DNA of 64,000 nt, taken from Ostrea edulis (taxonomy: Eukaryota). The stretch spans positions 95,418,001 to 95,482,000 of the forward strand of contig NC_079165.1 of the NCBI RefSeq assembly GCF_947568905.1. Direction: 5' to 3'. The notes below the pieces were generated by a model. The model ran no database searches, was not told the DNA's origin, and saw only the letters and a list, made by a program, of their open reading frames with translations. Position 1 is the stretch's first letter. The number at the start of each line of letters is the position of its first letter. The position numbers were made by a program, and so were the translations under genes. Of the stretch, positions 61,860-64,000 are shown piece by piece.

Positions 61860-63085
61860 AAGGTTCTTTCTATGCTAATGATGTCGGTGTAAATATGCTA
61901 TCAATGTGTAGACCATTTACTATTGACAACTTACTTTGAACATCAATCTTCATGTAATATGTTAGATACTGAAGATAAGCGTAATCATGATTTACATACA
62001 TTAGAAAGATACTCAAATTTAATCCATCGAAGACTATCAAAAGTTCTTTATTTTCTAAGAAAGCCATTCCTGCTTTATCAACACTATTTTTTCAGGGTGA
62101 TGGACTAGGGTATGTTCCAGTCCATCATCGTCATTTGGCTTATTATTGTCACACAACCTCAGTTGATATAAACTTATATTGATTTCATAGTAAGCAACAA
62201 CAAAAAATTAAGTTCAAATTTGGTATAAAACATCTGTCAAAATTATACATAGCATTTATTAGACCTACTCTTGAATATGTATAAATTGTTTGGGATGACT
62301 GTTCTGTTCACGATTCTGGCAAGCTTTTTAAAAAAAAATACAGATATCTTTAGCTAGAATTGTTATCGGTTTTCCTATTTTTGCATCTAGAGAATCCCTT
62401 TATTCAGAAACAGGATGGCAAACTTAACAAGTAGACGTTATATTGCAAAAATGACTACCATGTTCATAGCGCCACGAAAACAAAAACACGAAATTGTGTA
62501 CACGAAACAAAGACCGATTCTATATTCCAGATTGAAGTTATTTAAAAAAAAATAATTTGATTCCGTAAAACATCGGACTTCATTAAATGTAGAGCCCAGG
62601 CAACTCATTCCGCAAAAATATAGTAGCGGAAATAACAAGACCACCATCAAATTTTTCTTTTGGGGAACTACTCATCAAGAGCTAAGGCACAACTGGATAC
62701 TTCATTCCGATCTTCGTAATAATACGATTTCTCCATTTTGTTCATGTAGACATAACGAAAATTATCATCTCTTTTTTTTTTTTTACTTGTAAAAATTACT
62801 CTAAAGGTACAAATAAACTTTTAAATCGCTTTTTATGCTTGACTTTGTCGAAATTGATACAACTCGTTTTCTGTGCATTAATGTTAATTTGCCTCTGCAG
62901 TCTAATATGAATAGTTTTTCTGCTGTTCGCTTTAAGATTAATTTAATCATATATACAGTTACCTGTTGATTATCATTTTGCATGACATATTGTAATATTT
63001 TAGAGGGATTGGTAAGTTGTTAGAATGTGGTCGTAATCCTTTTAATTTGATATATAAATATGTTGAAAACAATAAAATAAAAAAA
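61860..63085 (+). mobile_element. Highly degenerate LINE 3' fragment, same family as 15920-17305
   Basis: Remnants of FNPSKT, HRHLG, FIRPTLEY and LARIVIGFPIFASRESLYSETGW, with a similar 3' end and AATAAA at about 63073. Confidence 0.75.
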
Positions 63086-64000
63086 TCACCATTCCAGTGA
63101 AATCAGTCCATGCATGAGCGCATATGCTGCCAGCTCATTAAGGTGCTCACAGATGTGTAAACGTATGTCTAATTGTAGTAACACATGTTCATAATCGTAC
63201 TTCATTAAATGTAATTTAGTTTATAAAAACATACCACCGTGGACAAGGTGAGAGGCTAATCAACACAAATGTTATCCCTGGTTGCCCCTAAGGTCGTGAA
63301 AATAGAAAATGGACCAATCAGAGACTGGTGTTTGCACAAAAATTGAATGCGATTGTCACTTTTAGGAAAACTTAATAATGAGTACTATCGGTGTATATAT
63401 ATTTAGGAATTTGTGAAAATGATCCTATCGATGTTTTAACATAGATATATCCTGGTAGTTTTGGTCGGTGTACAAAATGTCTGCAATGAAAGGTATGTTC
63501 ATGTTTTTTTTCTCTTTCATTTCATTAATTTTGAAAAAGGGCGTTAACATTACATAATCATTTTGAAAAGTGGGTAAACATTTTCTGTTGAGTGTTGCTT
63601 TAAGGATGCATGATCTGATATGGATGAAAAATGGAGGATTGGAGGATATGTACAATAATACACATATTTTGAAATTGAAAAGTTTCAAAGTTACCTTATT
63701 TAGTTCAAAGACGGTATACACAGAATTACCGAAATACCCGTGATTTACCGAAATACCTTCAGAAAACACCGAAATACCCCCCTAACTTACCAAAATACCC
63801 ATTTTTTTCATTTTGTATTATTGTAATTTAAATATTTGTGTAAGAAGGTTATATATATATATATATATATATTATAAGTATTTAATAATATATGGATTTT
63901 TCTTGTATATTTCACATCGGAAACGGCTTGAGACAAGAATCGTAACTCTTGTTAACTATCATAAAGGTCGATAAAATATCGCCACATACAAACATACTTG

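Overview
AT-rich, intron-containing animal genomic DNA, most likely a bivalve and probably an oyster (inferred from repeat families and gene content), with two N gaps (2654-2824, 44519-44646). No prokaryotic operon or CRISPR array is present. Host genes that I could assemble by hand from splice sites and reading-frame phase: the 5' part of phosphorylase kinase alpha (PHKA, minus, 6 exons, running off the left edge), head-to-head with UQCRQ/QCR8 (plus); a truncated THAP-domain ORF; a complete 9-exon, 424-aa type I membrane protein containing a GC-AG intron; a convergent CUB-CUB-mucin-TM receptor; a MIF-family gene that lacks the catalytic Pro1; a single-coding-exon BIR (IAP-like) protein with an unrecognised N-terminal domain; and a 2-exon uncharacterised protein. 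The rest is a dense mix of Helentron-type non-autonomous elements, MITEs with 2-, 5-, 8- and 9-bp target duplications, a solo LTR, Penelope-like fragments with hammerhead motifs, LINE fragments, minisatellites and one apparently intact full-length LINE. The strongest leads are three. (1) In that LINE, ORF1 and an AUG-less ORF2 share one frame and are separated by a single TAG, suggesting readthrough or non-AUG reinitiation. (2) An intronic minisatellite in the MIF-like gene is built from copies of the gene's own 3' splice site and folds back into a ~198-bp hairpin. (3) The BIR protein has an orphan architecture.
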